NCBI GenBank assembly: GCA_013265495.1 | Contig: MU058781.1 | Coordinates: 10,707,009 to 10,771,008, forward strand | Source of the DNA: Vicugna vicugna | Taxonomy: Eukaryota | Reading direction: 5' to 3' | DNA length: 64,000 bases | Shown here: positions 37,551 to 50,799 of the stretch, one piece after another | Numbering within the stretch: position 1 is the stretch's first letter | How the letters are laid out: each line of letters starts with the position of its first letter | Position numbers and translations under genes: made by a program | The notes under the pieces: generated by a model | Told to the model about the DNA's origin: nothing | Seen by the model: only the letters and a program-made list of their open reading frames with translations | The model's database searches: none

Positions 37551-40470
37551 GATTTTTTTTCCACAGGGTTTACAACTTTAAAATAACAACTCCCCTCTAT
37601 TTTTTTCTTTGCTTTACCTAAAAATAAGAAACTTACAGCAAAACACTTGGGCATAAGACTTTGTGTCCTAGCAGTGATTGAGTGTGGTTGGACTGGAAAT
37701 ATTGCCTCTGCTCTTATGGTGTTTGTGTACTGAGTTCCTGGCAGGATAATCCTGGCATTAGAAAAAAAGAATTCCATCTATAGAGTAGTTTTTTCAGGAT
37801 TTATCAGTGCCAGGCATGGTTTTAAGTTACATTTTAACAGTGAAGTGGGGAGACATTGCCCCAGATGGTGGATGTAAAATGTGCCATAAATTTTAATGAA
37901 GCAAATAAGTCACTAATAACCCTACTGCTAACACTGCTATGTTTGGGGCCGACCTTAATACAGGAAAATTAAAAAGGCACATGCAGCCCTTACACAAGTG
38001 CCTAAGAAGCCTAATATGATTTACTAATTCAGCTATTCACACTCTGATTGCACAGCCCCTGGTCATCTGCTCAAGTACAGCTGCTTCGTGTAAAATAAAT
38101 AAATAAATAAATACGTTTATCGACCACCAGATGTCCCAGCCTGTAATATGCGCTGGTAGATTTCAGGTCACCCAAAGTTCAAGCAGATTTCCTAAATATA
38201 CATATGTTTTTGGTAGCAACACTACCTTGGAAACTATACATGTATTCATTTTCTTTTTCAGGCAGAGCCTGGAGATAACTTCATGCTTCCTTTAAGTGGT
38301 AAGATCTCAACCGACAGATTTCTTTTTGTGAAGCAGAGTCTAACAGACAGGCTATTGGTTAAGGATTCTGGGGAAGGGCATATGGGACTTTTTCACTTTT
38401 CATTAAAACCCTGGCAGAAGATTCCTGAGGCTAGGCATCATTAAGTCTTTACCAACCCAAACAATTAACTTGGACATGGTAACTGAGCATCATTTTCTAG
38501 TTGAGGTAACTGATGCCCAGAGAGGTTTATATGATTTGGTCAACAACACACAGAGCATAGAGGAGAACCAACAATCAAATGCACGTCTCTTAGACCAGAT
38601 AATGTTATAACATACATATGTATGGTGCAGAACTAATAAGGGCTAACAGATCTATGCATTATGATCTGCACACAAAAATAGAAAAAAATTAAAGCATGAA
38701 TTAGAATGAAATGAATAACATTAAAAAATATCTACTAAGTGTTACAGCTTCATTACTCCTAGCTAAAATCGGGAAGCTAAATATATAGTTAACGTGAGGC
38801 TTGTCATTAACCGTGGTGGATAAACATATTTCAAACAAACTTCTCTATAATATTAATTCTAGAGTACCAATTTCTTGTCAGATCTGATTATATCATCGTT
38901 TTCTCCTAAAGCAGTTGATGAAAGAGCTCATAGGAAACAAACAAGTGTCAGCTCCACCATCTCTTATTCTTTACTGCAGTTACAGGATCCATATTATTTT
39001 TGACCCATACTTACTCCTCAGGACCCTTTTTAAGCCACTTGCCCATTTCATGAGGATTTAGGTTAGTTAAAATAAGACAATGTCATTTAAAATCCCAGTT
39101 AACTAAAGGCATGCAGATTGCAATATATCACACAATTTTGAGCCAACAGACACCCGCATGAAGAAATCACTGGTAGTCTTCTACGAGGGTGAATGCTTCC
39201 TTCCGATACCTCACCCACTCTGAAACACACAAGTGCTCGGCAGATGAGAGGAATGGGGGTTCCAGAGTAAATAATTTCATATATTGTGTATACTTCCCTT
39301 ATTACACCTCATTCCTTTCTTATCTTTAGATACAAATAAACACACAGTAGTTCATTTTTTTTTCTCACACTGAACTATAAAGATTATCATTTTGGATCAC
39401 AAACTAGCTCAATGCCTTAGCACCATCAAGACATTCACAGTCCTTAATATAATGCCTCGTGTCTGTATCTGATGCTCTGCCTTTCCTAATAAAATATTCT
39501 TGTTTCCCAACATGTTCCAGTTACTCTCCCAAAATAATCCAAAATGTCACATGATGCTTAATGACATATTCCTGAACTATTTAATACACATTAGAAACAA
39601 CATACACCCAAAAAACATAAGCATTATTATGGCAGATTTATGTAGAGTTTGGTTATTTATGTAATTTATGTAGATTTATGCAGATTTTAAGATTTTAGCC
39701 AAATAAAATGAAAAGGAAAACTCAAATGTATAAATGCATACATTTGTGTGGCTTTTCAATCTAGGTTTGAACTCGAAAAGTTATGTGACAGTTATTGGTT
39801 ATACACCAGGAGACTTCAATAGGTTGTTTGTTTTTTAAGCAGGATGTTTTTTAGCCTGTATGATTTTGTATTTTTACTGTAAACTTGTTTCTGTATTTAG
39901 ATTGTTCTTCCTTTACCTTTGGTCCTAAGCGAGAAAAAAAAGTCATTTCACCCACACAAGAGAATAATCCAAACTGATGAGCACATCTATCTGCAAACTC
40001 TGAGACTAAAGAGAGCCTGCTTCTCAGTAAGACCTTCAGCACAATCAAGAACCATGTCCTATGGAACTTAAAGCATCATGCTTCAGACATCTGTCAAGGT
40101 TTCTGCTGATTACATCAAAACTCTGTGTGGAAAGGGAAAGGAAATTTCTACTGTTCGGTAGTTATTTTATATATAAAGATATTATTTTAAATTATTTATA
40201 ATCTTTTCACATCCACCAACCAGTTTCGCTGAATTGTTTTTCCCCTCAAATTTTCTGTTAAATTTCACCAAAGCACAAATGTCCCAGGATCCTTTCATAA
40301 ATGTTTAAAGATAAAAAACACTATTTGTTTGTGTATAGCATGCCAATGAATATTCAGAACAAACTCTCCAGTTTTCTAAAATGTTTTACTTCAAATACAG
40401 ATATTTCAGAGGATGAAAGATGAAGATTTATGCTGCATTTTCAAAGTAAAGTAATTTGTAATGAAAAAAG

Positions 40471-40591
40471 TTATTTTAAAATAATTTTAATAAAATTATT
40501 TTAAATTATAATAATATTAAATTATATTTAATTTAAATTATATTATATTATATTATATTAAATTTAAATTATAATAAAATTATTTTAAAAT
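40471..40591. repeat. 121-bp pure A/T quasi-palindromic low-complexity tract
   Basis: No G or C between 40471 and 40591. Perfect 17-bp inverted repeat at 40473-40489 and 40575-40591. Confidence 0.9.
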
Positions 40592-43500
40592 CTGGGTGAC
40601 AAGGTATGGGTGAAGATGTGAAAAAGAAAATCTCCTTCTTTTGAGATATGAAATTTTCAAGTTAACCTTTCATTAACAGATTATCTAGTCTGTTATTCAC
40701 TTGTCTCATCCACAGTCAAGAAAGCGAGGAATACAATGCTTTTCAAATGAAATTGCTGAAAATCCAATCATCACAGAAGATCTAAGGAGAATTGCTATCA
40801 GAAGCTACAGGGATAGAAGGTTTTAAATAAGGTTTACATTTTTTTCTGAATTTGAAGCCAGGCAGAGATGACCCCACAGCACCAAAGGAGAGTATGCACT
40901 CAGTCTGATTCAGGGGGGTTTCTCACACCTTCCCCTTAGACATGTTTAATTAGCCAGGGCCTGTTGTGTTTATTTGGTAGATTTGGATACAAATGGAAAA
41001 AAGGTCTTTTCATCTCTTTTTATCAGGAGTCCCCCAAAGCCAAAGCAGGTGTCTGTGGGATTAAACATAATTACAAAGGGAGAGGGTGAGAGAAGAAGAG
41101 AGCTAGATAATAATTCCCAACAGAGCTGGAATTTGAGAATGGGAGCAGGTGCTGCAAGAGGCCCCATGTATCCAACTAATTTAAGCCACGATGTTGTGGA
41201 AAGGCCCACATATTCATCCTTTGAACAGGGAGGGCACTGGCAGTCTGTGAGTACAAAGACAACCCAGTCGGAGTGATGCCAAGATGGCCAGCTTCAGCAC
41301 CACGGCTACCAGGGTAACCAGACCCCGCTTCTCACTGCTGCCTTTGTTGGGTGGCAGCCTCGGGAAACAAAGTGCCACTTCTTACCATTGTACAGGCACA
41401 TGCATAATCATCCTCCTTCTGGCTTATCATCATGAATTAGCAATTACTCTATTATTAAATGGAAGAGCGGCAGCAGGTGACAAAGCACCACAACTTCTAG
41501 TTTATATTTCTGAACCCCTTCATTTAGTTTTTTCAGTTTTGGATTGACCTCTGCAGCTAGTGTATTCCTATTGTGCAGAAAATTCTATGATCCCATAGAA
41601 AAGTGGTTTTCTCTCTCCATGTGGAGGGTCTGCCCCGTGATTCTACTGGAGGGAGAAAGAAAGCACTGAAAGAAATATGGACAAAAAGGTCCTTCTTCAA
41701 CTAAGAGAACACCTGGACTCTATAAAGGAGACACAAACCTTGGCGCTCTCAGCCCCTCGCCCCCTGCTGTGCAAGGGCAGCTTCCCATTCCAGGCTGACT
41801 CATCGAAGCCACTGTGACTCTGTCTGGACTCTGCATTTGAGAGCCATTATTTACTGAAACTTCTAAGATAATGCCACTTTTTATCTGGTTGTACCGACAG
41901 CTCCCTAGCATTTAGAAAATGAGAGAGGAACTGGGAGATTTTAGTTCTTATGACTCTGTGCTTTCTAAACTCAGTGAATGGAGAAGAACTTTAATAGTGA
42001 CTGATAAATTATTTCAATGGGTCTTGAGAGAAAAGAAAGTTTTTTGGTAGACTTCAAGAAGAAGAAGAAAGCCCTATTTTTAAAGCTGGTTACAATTTTT
42101 TTCAGACCTTGGAGGAATTCTTGAATGTGAGTATTCCAAATTGTAATAATAAAGCTGAGGGAATGAAGTTATTTTTCCAACAGGTCATTGGCTACTGTTT
42201 CTTTCTTATATAAGCAAAATACCAGTTTTGGTATTTTCTATTCTGTCAGCTAGGAAAATTGAAATCAAAGGATTGATTTTTTTAATGTATAAAATTATAA
42301 AATGACTTTATTGTCTAATTATACATTTCATATGGACACCCAGGTACAGTCTTTTCCTCTTTGTATGTCATCTAGAACATTGTAAATTACATGAAAACAG
42401 GGTATTTGGCTGCCTTATGCCCAATGGCAATGTTAGAATTTATAGTTTGATGAACATATATATTTAGGACACCAGGAAGGGGTCTTAATCTGGGCCAATT
42501 GTTAGCACTTTAGTATCTCAGAATATATCAGAGCAGATTAAAGAAAACGAGACCAAATCTCTGAAGGATTGAAAGTTTTTTTGAGGTTACTGACTAAAGG
42601 TAGACCTTTTTGGATCTGAGAATACAGAGTAAATTAAGGGTATCTTTGCACTTCTAAAATAAACTGAAAGGAGAAAAAATTCACTCTGAGGAAACTGTTA
42701 GAATGTACTGATTCTATTCGGGGATACTAACTGGGTATCAGTAGGAAGAGATGGAGACAGAGAAGAGATTATCAAGAAGGAAACTGTTTTTCAAATTAGC
42801 TCCCAGGAGATTTTGTACCAGGATTCTAAGAAGCACTCTATGCAGTAAAATTGAAATGAGTCAAATGATAGAGCTCATCAGCCATGTGGAGTTCCAAAAG
42901 AAATGGGGTAAAAGGCAGCTCTGTTTGAGGCCTAACAAAACATTGTAATGATGTTGGGAGAGATTCCTTCTGCTGTTTTAGTGATGCCATTTTGGGAGCT
43001 GGACCAGGCCATCTGTGATGAGGTTAATAGCAGTGATGAAGAGAAGAGTGAAATCTTAAGACAGTGTGATGGGAGCAGCAGCCAAGACTGTGAAAGGTCA
43101 ATCCACACAAAGCTTGGAGAAGCCCCATGAAAAACTCGAGTAGCAACAGAGACGAAGATATCAGACACTGGATTCAGAAGGGCTAGCCACAGTAGGGTTT
43201 TTTTCCAGGAAGGTTAGACTTGAAGTTCTAGCAGTTAATCTAGCAGGGTTTAAAGATAGGGCAATTTTTGTTATTAATTTTACCCTAAATGTACCTGCAG
43301 CCTTGGTCAGATGTAAGAAAGTCTGGTACCTATGACTGCAATATGCATGGTTTATCTGTGCTTATATAAAGTATAAAATATTTACGAATGCTTTCAAAAG
43401 GAAAAAGAAAGCTTTGACAGAATGAGCCCTGTCTTATTCTAGTGGAAAGAATTTGATATGATTAATATTTAAATATCATGAACTGTGATCACTTTATTTA

Positions 43501-43939
43501 GAGTCTCTGTAAAGCATTTATCTCAACCTTGGGACTAGAGTGAGGGAGCTTCAGAAAGCTTCCTACAGAAGGAATGGTATTGTTAAATTATTTCAACTCT
43601 TATCACTAGGGTGAACTGGATCTGGGAGAAAGTCTCAGACTGGAAACAGCTGGCAGGCAGACAAAGAGACGGCTGGACTTTGAAACAAGATGGATGAGGA
43701 TTTTTAGAGGTATTTAGCCACCCTCAAGTCACCCACTTAAATCAGAAACTTGAATTCAGTAACAGTTTCAGGCTTCCTGGCTAAGTGTCTACCCGGCCTG
43801 GGTACAGAAGGCATAAATGATGATAAGAAGTTGAGGAAAAGAATTACCCGGGGCCAACGCTGTAGGACTCAGCTCAAGGAACATTCTAAAATAACTCTGT
43901 TCATTTGAAGCACCTCAGAGTCAGGGGATCTGGATATAA

Positions 43940-44349
43940 ATGTGTGCATCTGTGAAGCAAGATGGCATATGCAGGGAAAGCCAGGGAATGAAGCATTATC
44001 TAGTCACCAGATGGAATCATGAAAGGGGATTCATGGAGTGGCCTATGCATGGGTCTGCGCAGGTATCTGGGGCTGGGCCTAGGGCTGCTCTTACACAGTA
44101 GAACCTGCAGACGGGAAGATGATCCAGATGTGAGGCAGAGGAGATGGAAGACAAACTGGGATCTGCTGGCTACCGCCTATCTGCTCACCACAGTATCTCA
44201 ATGAAATAACCTTGCTTGAGTGCTAGCTCCTTCCACACCTGGAGTAATATTCCCTTTTTACTTCTAATATAGAGCCAGGCAGGAAGAAGGACTCCAGAAA
44301 ATAAAGTTCACAGCTTAACCACACTGGCATACCACCACCATCTGGCTGA
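43940..44349 (-). mobile_element. ERV-L LTR (MLT2 family), 3' LTR of the adjacent provirus
   Basis: 'aaactgggatctgctggctacc...ggactccagaaaataaagttcacagcttaacc...accaccacca' resembles an antisense MLT2 LTR. Followed by the ERV-L junction 'gtccattccctgtcagtatgacactcatacac'. Left boundary uncertain. Confidence 0.65.
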
Positions 44350-47300
44350 GTCCATTCCCTGTCAGTATGACACTCATACACACCTCTTTTTATTATATTT
44401 GACTTACAAATAGAGAATAGCAAAATGCATCTAACATGATGTCATTCCTATTAGAACCAAAACACATCTACCTTCTATATGAAAGGATAGACAAAGTTGA
44501 TTTATCCATATATGTATTCATTTCTCTTCTAGCTGGCTCACACACTAGTTTTGATATCTTGTAAGTTAAATATTAAGAAATACGTTAATTGCTAACATCG
44601 TCATCATTTCTGCAATTCATCATGTGGTTGGATTTAGTATTTAAGATGCTCTTCTTCCAACACCCATTCCTTATTTTCTTTGGCCTCAGAAAACAACTTA
44701 GCTGGCCGTGCTTTCTTTCCTAGGTGGTATGATCTAAACCTTCATTGCTAACGTATCTGGCCATTTGCAGTACAGCCTGCAGTGGATTATTTATGCTTAA
44801 CTTTCATCACAAAACATAGTAGTAACCAGAGGTGTGCCAAAATTAGTCCTCTCTTGCAAACATATTGCTTCCCATGTCTACTGTGTAGTAGCAACTGAAT
44901 TTCCCCATAACAAGATCAATCGTCCCAGCCTCGTGCCTCATAGTTCAGTGGTATGAGGAGTCCAAAATAGCCAGGTGGCAGACTTAGCTTCCAGCCTAAT
45001 GGGAACAGTATGTGCCCTCTGGTGAAAGCATTTCTTCCTTGAAAACCAAGATCTTTAAATCAGCACGGCCCCAAATTGTGGGAACAGGGGGCAGAAATTT
45101 TTCTAGTGGTCGATTATCGGTAACAGTGAGAAGAGTCATTCACATTCCATTTCCTGATTCCCAGACCAGGCCCTACTGGCTGGCTATGGGAGAAAAGGCA
45201 CCGTAAATAGGTTGCTGATTCAGAACACGCACTGCAGCCTTGAGGACATTAACCAAAACAGCTGGCACTGTAACCTAGTCTTTAAAAGGCTATTTCATAA
45301 TTCTGACTATTCAGCTGATCCAGGTGATGGAAGACATGGAAAAATTGACGCTTTCCATCAGCATAAACCCACTGCAGCCCTTGAGTCTTGTGGCTGGTCA
45401 GAATCAAGCTATGTGGAATATCATGACAGCAAATATGGTATTTTCTAAGTCCACAGACAGTTTCTTTAGAAGCAGTGTTTTGAACAGGAGAGGCAAATCC
45501 ATATCCACAGTAAAAATCTATTCTAGTGAGAACAAATGCTGCTCTTTGCATGATAGAAATCATCCAACACAACCAACCTGCAAACAGATGGCTGGCTTAC
45601 ACTCTGTGTGCCATATTGGGGGCTCAGGGCTGATCTTTGCTGTTGGCATTTGGGGAACTCACCAGTGCCTGTAGCCAGAGCAGCATAGTTAAATAGATGG
45701 TTATGTTGCTAAGTTGATACAGTGTTCATCCCTGCTTCCATGGCCATTTTTTTCACAAGCTCATTGTACAAATACAGGGGTAACTGAAGAAGGATGCTAA
45801 CTGACATTCACAGAATGAGTTGCCTTGTCCAGGATGTTCAAACATTTGTTGATGTTTGTCTTTAAGAGCAATTACAAGGGTACGAATATCTTCACAATCT
45901 ATATACATTTGAAGAGATTTAGTCATATACTTCTTCCCTAGACCTCTTGTCACTCATTTTCCAATCACATTCCCATCCGAATTTTTTTACCCTTTGGCCA
46001 AATTGTTAACTAGTGCCCATGAGCTAATGTGGATGTGCACGTCTGGACACCTCCCCTTACAAGTGAAGTGAGAAACCATGTGAAATGCTAGAAATTTTGT
46101 CCACTGGAAGAACTGACCTTCTTTACTGTCTTTCAGGACCTCCCTAGTATATGGCTGTATTGCTTTAAACACCTACTTGGGACAGATTCAGCAGATCATG
46201 TGGTATCATGTGTAAATCAGGACTCAACGTTTTCTTCCTCAGTCAGTTCATCCAAGGGAACTATCCGTGAGGCCACAGGTGACTGCTGAGAGGCATGAGG
46301 CAAAGTAGCAAGAGTAGGAACCACAAGACTCTGAACCACTTCGGGGCCTTAGCGACTGTTCAAGTCCAGTCTGTCTACTTGATCGTAGGGCACTGCTGTG
46401 CACACGCAAATCTATCGTTTGGTGGGTCACACGGTACCACTTTGTTGTGGATCTAGGTCGTAAGAAAACTTGGGGGCCTACTGAAAGGTGCTCATTTTCT
46501 TTTATGCTCCAGTGATGAGCCACAAGCTATTTCTCAAAAGGAGAATAGTCATCTGTGGAAGATGACATGGTTTTGTTCTGAAATTTTAAGCCTGTACAGT
46601 GATTCAGCTACAGGGGCCTTTCATCCAGCATACCTATCTTTTATAGACACTTCAAGAACCACTGAGTTGGCTGGGTCACACAGCCCAAGAGACAGAGCTG
46701 CTTACATAGCAAGTCGAATCCATGAAGAAGCCCTTTCTTGCTTTGTCACACTCAAAATTGGCATTCTCTCATATTCTCCCCCAAATGGTGATATGTGGCT
46801 TTCAGGCTCCAAAGAGGCTCACAGGCATCACATCATTTTCTTAGTAATTAGAACAGATACATGCAGTAACTTTCCTTTCATCTTGGAAAGGATATTGAAA
46901 CATGTCCCAGATATTTTACCAAGCTGCCAGACCCTTGAATTTCAGTGGGATTTTTTTTCTCAGCCTCTGGCACACATGCTTCTTTCTTTCCAGACAAAAT
47001 AGTTGCTACTTCCTGACTTTGATTCCTGTCAACCTGTTATCAGTGGAGGATCTAATATGAAGTCTTGTTGAATGGAGAGGTGATCAATGCACTTATGCGT
47101 GAGATTATAACAGAGGGGTGGAGTATTGGCGTATCTCTAAGACAAAACAGTGAAAGTATTTCTGTTTTTGCAAACTAAAAGCAATGTGCTTTTTGTGGTC
47201 TTTTACTGACATAAAAAAATCCAGTAAATCAATAATTGGCTACCAGATATCAGAAGGTGTGTTCCTTTGCTTCAGTAAAGAAACCGCATATGGGACAACA

Positions 47301-47455
47301 GTTGGAATTGGAGTCATAGCTTGATTAAGTATAAAACAACCTACTGTAATTCTCTAAGATTCTGCTCAAGACAAATAGATGAGGTTCAATGGAGATGTGG
47401 TAGGAATCACAACCTCTGCATTCTTTGAATCCTCAGTGGTGGCATCTCCAAGTCC
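44350..47455 (-). mobile_element. ERV-L internal region: decayed RT, RNaseH, integrase and dUTPase
   Basis: About 47380-47445(-) reads ATTEDSKNAEVVIPTTSPLNL (ERV-L RT start, cf. ATIKDLKDAGVVIPTTSPFN). ORF 45987-46172(-) 'AIQPYTREVLKDSKEGQFFQW...SSWALVNNLA' is RNaseH. ORF 45282-45572(-) 'FVLTRIDFYCGYGFASPVQN' is integrase. Confidence 0.9.
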
Positions 47456-47630
47456 TGATTTGTAAACTCCACTTCTGCATCTGCCTTCATACCCTCTGCT
47501 GTTGCTTCTCTTAGATACACTAGTTCTAATACAGCTCTTCCATTCTCAATATGCCCTGATTGTTCTAACCACTGACCCTGCGGCCTGAGCATGACCTACG
47601 TACTTCCTGTATTCAGTGTTCTGAGACTTT

Positions 47631-48027
47631 TGTTGGTTTGTAAACTTGGTAGCTTCCCAGGTGGAATCTGAAACTGTCCCCTCTATGGAAGGCAGGGAGA
47701 GACTGAAGAAGGAGACAGACCACTCTGGAATGCTAGGTGGCAGGTTTAATAAGCAAGGGAATTTACATAGGAGGTTAATATCAGGCAGCTGCAAGACAAG
47801 TAGATCTCTACACCCACCTGCCAGAATCTTTAAGTTTACACAGAGGCCTTAACTGGGCAACAGCATTTTACTCTCTCAAGGCTACGTCCTTGAACAGTTC
47901 CCACTGTGGGAATGGTGGGCAGAATGTTCATTCCAAGGAGAGGGGAAGGGGTGAGGAGCCTCTGGTTGGCCAGGCCCAGCTCACAGGTCAACTGGTGGTC
48001 ACATCCTCCTGACTACCTCCTCCAGCA
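47631..48027 (-). mobile_element. ERV1-class solo LTR, less decayed than its neighbours
   Basis: 397 bp with TG...CA termini (minus strand TGCTGGAGGAGG...ACCAACA) and an ATTAAA signal on the minus strand near 47745-47750. Resembles a recalled laurasiatherian ERV1 LTR; exact family not assigned. Confidence 0.75.
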
Positions 48028-50382
48028 GTTCAATAGGAAGCAAAGGACCTATTTTATTACCATCCAGGTTTACCACCACCTATTGTGTATGCAACTTGCT
48101 TGAATTTGTTTTATTTGTATTGTTTCTTTAAAAAGAACTATCCTATCAAGACTTCAGCATTGCACCTGCAACATAATGCATTAAATAAATATTTATTAAA
48201 TTAACTTAAAACACTTGTGAAGAAGAAGGATAACGTGTATCTATATTGGGGCAAATTCAGAGTAGATCCAAATGCACTGATGGTTGCCCATTTATGAAAG
48301 CACAAGATACAAGGTCAGCTCCAGAGTCAGGGTAGGTGGCAAAAGAGCAAAGCAGAGACAAAGTTACTCTGGCTTTACAAGTTCAAGCCCTTTTCCTACC
48401 TGGGCCATTCCTACATAGGAGTAACAAAAACATGAGAAATCCATCAAGTAATAAAACAATATTTGCAAGGACTTGTTAAAAATATTCCACTTGTTGCCTC
48501 CTTACACACACATACAGACGCACTGAACAATGCAAAAACAATGAAGTGTGCACAGACTAATCATATGATTCATTATGAAGACATTTTTAAGAGTGACTGA
48601 GTGTGTAATTCAAAGTTATGTCGGGACAGCATACATAAACATAGGCTGCCCCAGGCAACCAGGACATAAGACTATGGGGCAATAATCACCTGAGATAACA
48701 CCTAACATTCTCAAAGATTTTCAGGTTATATTTGCAAGATAGGCCCTGAAGGCTCAGAGCCAGGAAATTATTCCATGTAATATTTACCCACATCCTCAAG
48801 ATGTACTGGCCTGTATTGTGTTTGAGGACTGTATCCCTTTTCCTCTTTACTCTCTCCATCACTTTCATATGATTCTCTTATTTCTTATTCATTTTCCTTT
48901 ATTCACTATTGTTTCATTTTGCTTCCACATTTCCACAAACTCAATTTACAACTCCATCCCTTCAGGTGTTCTTTAGAACTAGGACTGAGACTCTTGGGGT
49001 AGAATTCCTTATCATCTGAAGGATAAATTTGCATCTTAAAAAGCAGACACAAATGCAGGATCTTTTACTTCCCAGGTGTAAGACTATGATTAAGTGGTAT
49101 AAGTTCTCCAACTGTACAAAAAAGAAATATCAAAACTACCAGACTTCCTGATACCTTGGGTTTCTTAATGAAAAATACTTTTGGAGTTTAAAAAAAAAAA
49201 GGACCTTAGAAGTCACCTTGTATGGCTTTTTTTTTTCCCCCACCCTGGGATCTTACCTGAGAAATGTCATTTAAAAAGGAACCACAATTTAAAAGAGCAG
49301 CTTTTAACTGACATAGCATATTTAGAGGAATTCTGAGCTGTGTAACATGGACTGTTTGCTTAGGGATTGCCTTGCTGTTTTATTTCAAGGGGATTGAGAT
49401 TCAGATCAGACTTGGAGCAAAGAAAATAACAGAATTGTACCATTATGGGGAGGCAACCAATTACTTAAGGGAATGTGCAAAGGTAAAATTTAGTTCAGGG
49501 ATTCTTTGCATATCAACCACATCCAGCTGTCATTCTGCTATTTAGCCTGGGATGATTACTCAATCTTCAAATTGCAAGCTAGCAGTGACAGGGCAGTGGC
49601 AGAGCTAATAGGCAAAATGTAGGAGTACGAACATGAACGTTTCAGAAAATGCATCATTACATCTTCTCTATTACTGAAATTTTTTTATTGCAGGGTATTT
49701 CAACAACCCTATGATATGTAATCATCAATGTCTGAAAGATGCCTTTTTAACTAAAGTCACCACAAAAGACAATTAAGCTCCAATTTGTAAAATTTCCTTT
49801 TAAAGTAAAGAATAGCATAGGCTTTTTTCTCCCTGAAATCTTTGTGAATGTCTCTTTTTGTACTTTTTGGTCAATTCGCTTCATCTATTATTGTTTAAGG
49901 AGTTCTATGAATAAGCAAGTATTTAACATCTACCACTCTTTTGCCTAATTAGTCTGATAACAGCAAGTCCATTTGAATCATTATCTATAAATGTAAGATG
50001 CAAAAATGGCTTCTGTATTTCTTGACATATTAGATTTTTTCCCCACACTTATGGTAATAAAACCAGAAGATTTTTTAAAATGTCAGAGCATTTGGACTGT
50101 GATTCTTTAAGAGATCAATGGATCTTTCCACTACTTATTAGATCTCCACTGAAAATCCTAACAAATATTCTCCCCAGTATTTCCTAGCTAAATGATGCAG
50201 CTCAAATCACCTCTGATACTTAAAAAATCAACTCACAATACATGTTCTACTAATACTGTATTGTTGGCATTTTATTCTACAAAGAGCATCATTTTAACAG
50301 TTAAATCTTCTAGTTTCTGTTCTCTTCTACCAATGTAGTCCTATGTCGAAATCAAAACCATTTTATTTAAAACATATTCATA

Positions 50383-50504
50383 GCAGAGGGTATAGCTTAG
50401 TGGTAGAGTGTGTGCTTAGCATGCACGAGGTCATGGGTTCAATCCCCAGTACCTCCGTTAAAATAAATACATAAACAAATAAACCTAATTACCTCCCCCC
50501 AAAT
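50383..50504 (+). mobile_element. Camelid tRNA-Ala-derived SINE (Vic-1 type)
   Basis: A box 'tagcttagtgg', anticodon arm gtgc-ttAGCat-gcac, B box 'ggttcaatcc', tail 'aataaa...cctaattacctcccccc'. Degenerate TSD taaaacatattcata / taaagtatatttata (12 of 15 identical). Confidence 0.92.
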
Positions 50505-50799
50505 AAAGTATATTTATAAATCAAGTTATAAAAAATAATAATAAATATACTACCAAGCTCTATAATTACTTATAGATACATGTATTCTTCCATCCTGAAG
50601 AAAATTCTTTAGAATTTGCAACTTAACCAACTACTGTATATAAGGTATCAAAAGGATCTGATTTTTGAAGTACAGCTAATCAATTGTTCTTTCTCTCAAA
50701 AATTTTTCTCACCAAAGGGAAAGTCTTCATGTGAAATGTTATATTTAAAAATATTAATTGGTTATAATTTTAAAGCTAAACCAAATAAACTGTCCATTT

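Noticed and set aside
38124..38140. CTCF site (CCACCAGATGTCCC)
   Set aside because: It lacks the GGC core of the consensus, so it cannot be supported without ChIP data.
41380..41450. Minus-strand exon ending at ATG/GTAAG (MMISQKEDDYACACTM)
   Set aside because: Weak acceptor, unrecognised peptide, and such donors occur by chance.
50383..50457. Functional tRNA-Ala(AGC) gene
   Set aside because: It has a SINE tail and a target-site duplication and has substitutions in the stems, so it is a tRNA-derived SINE.
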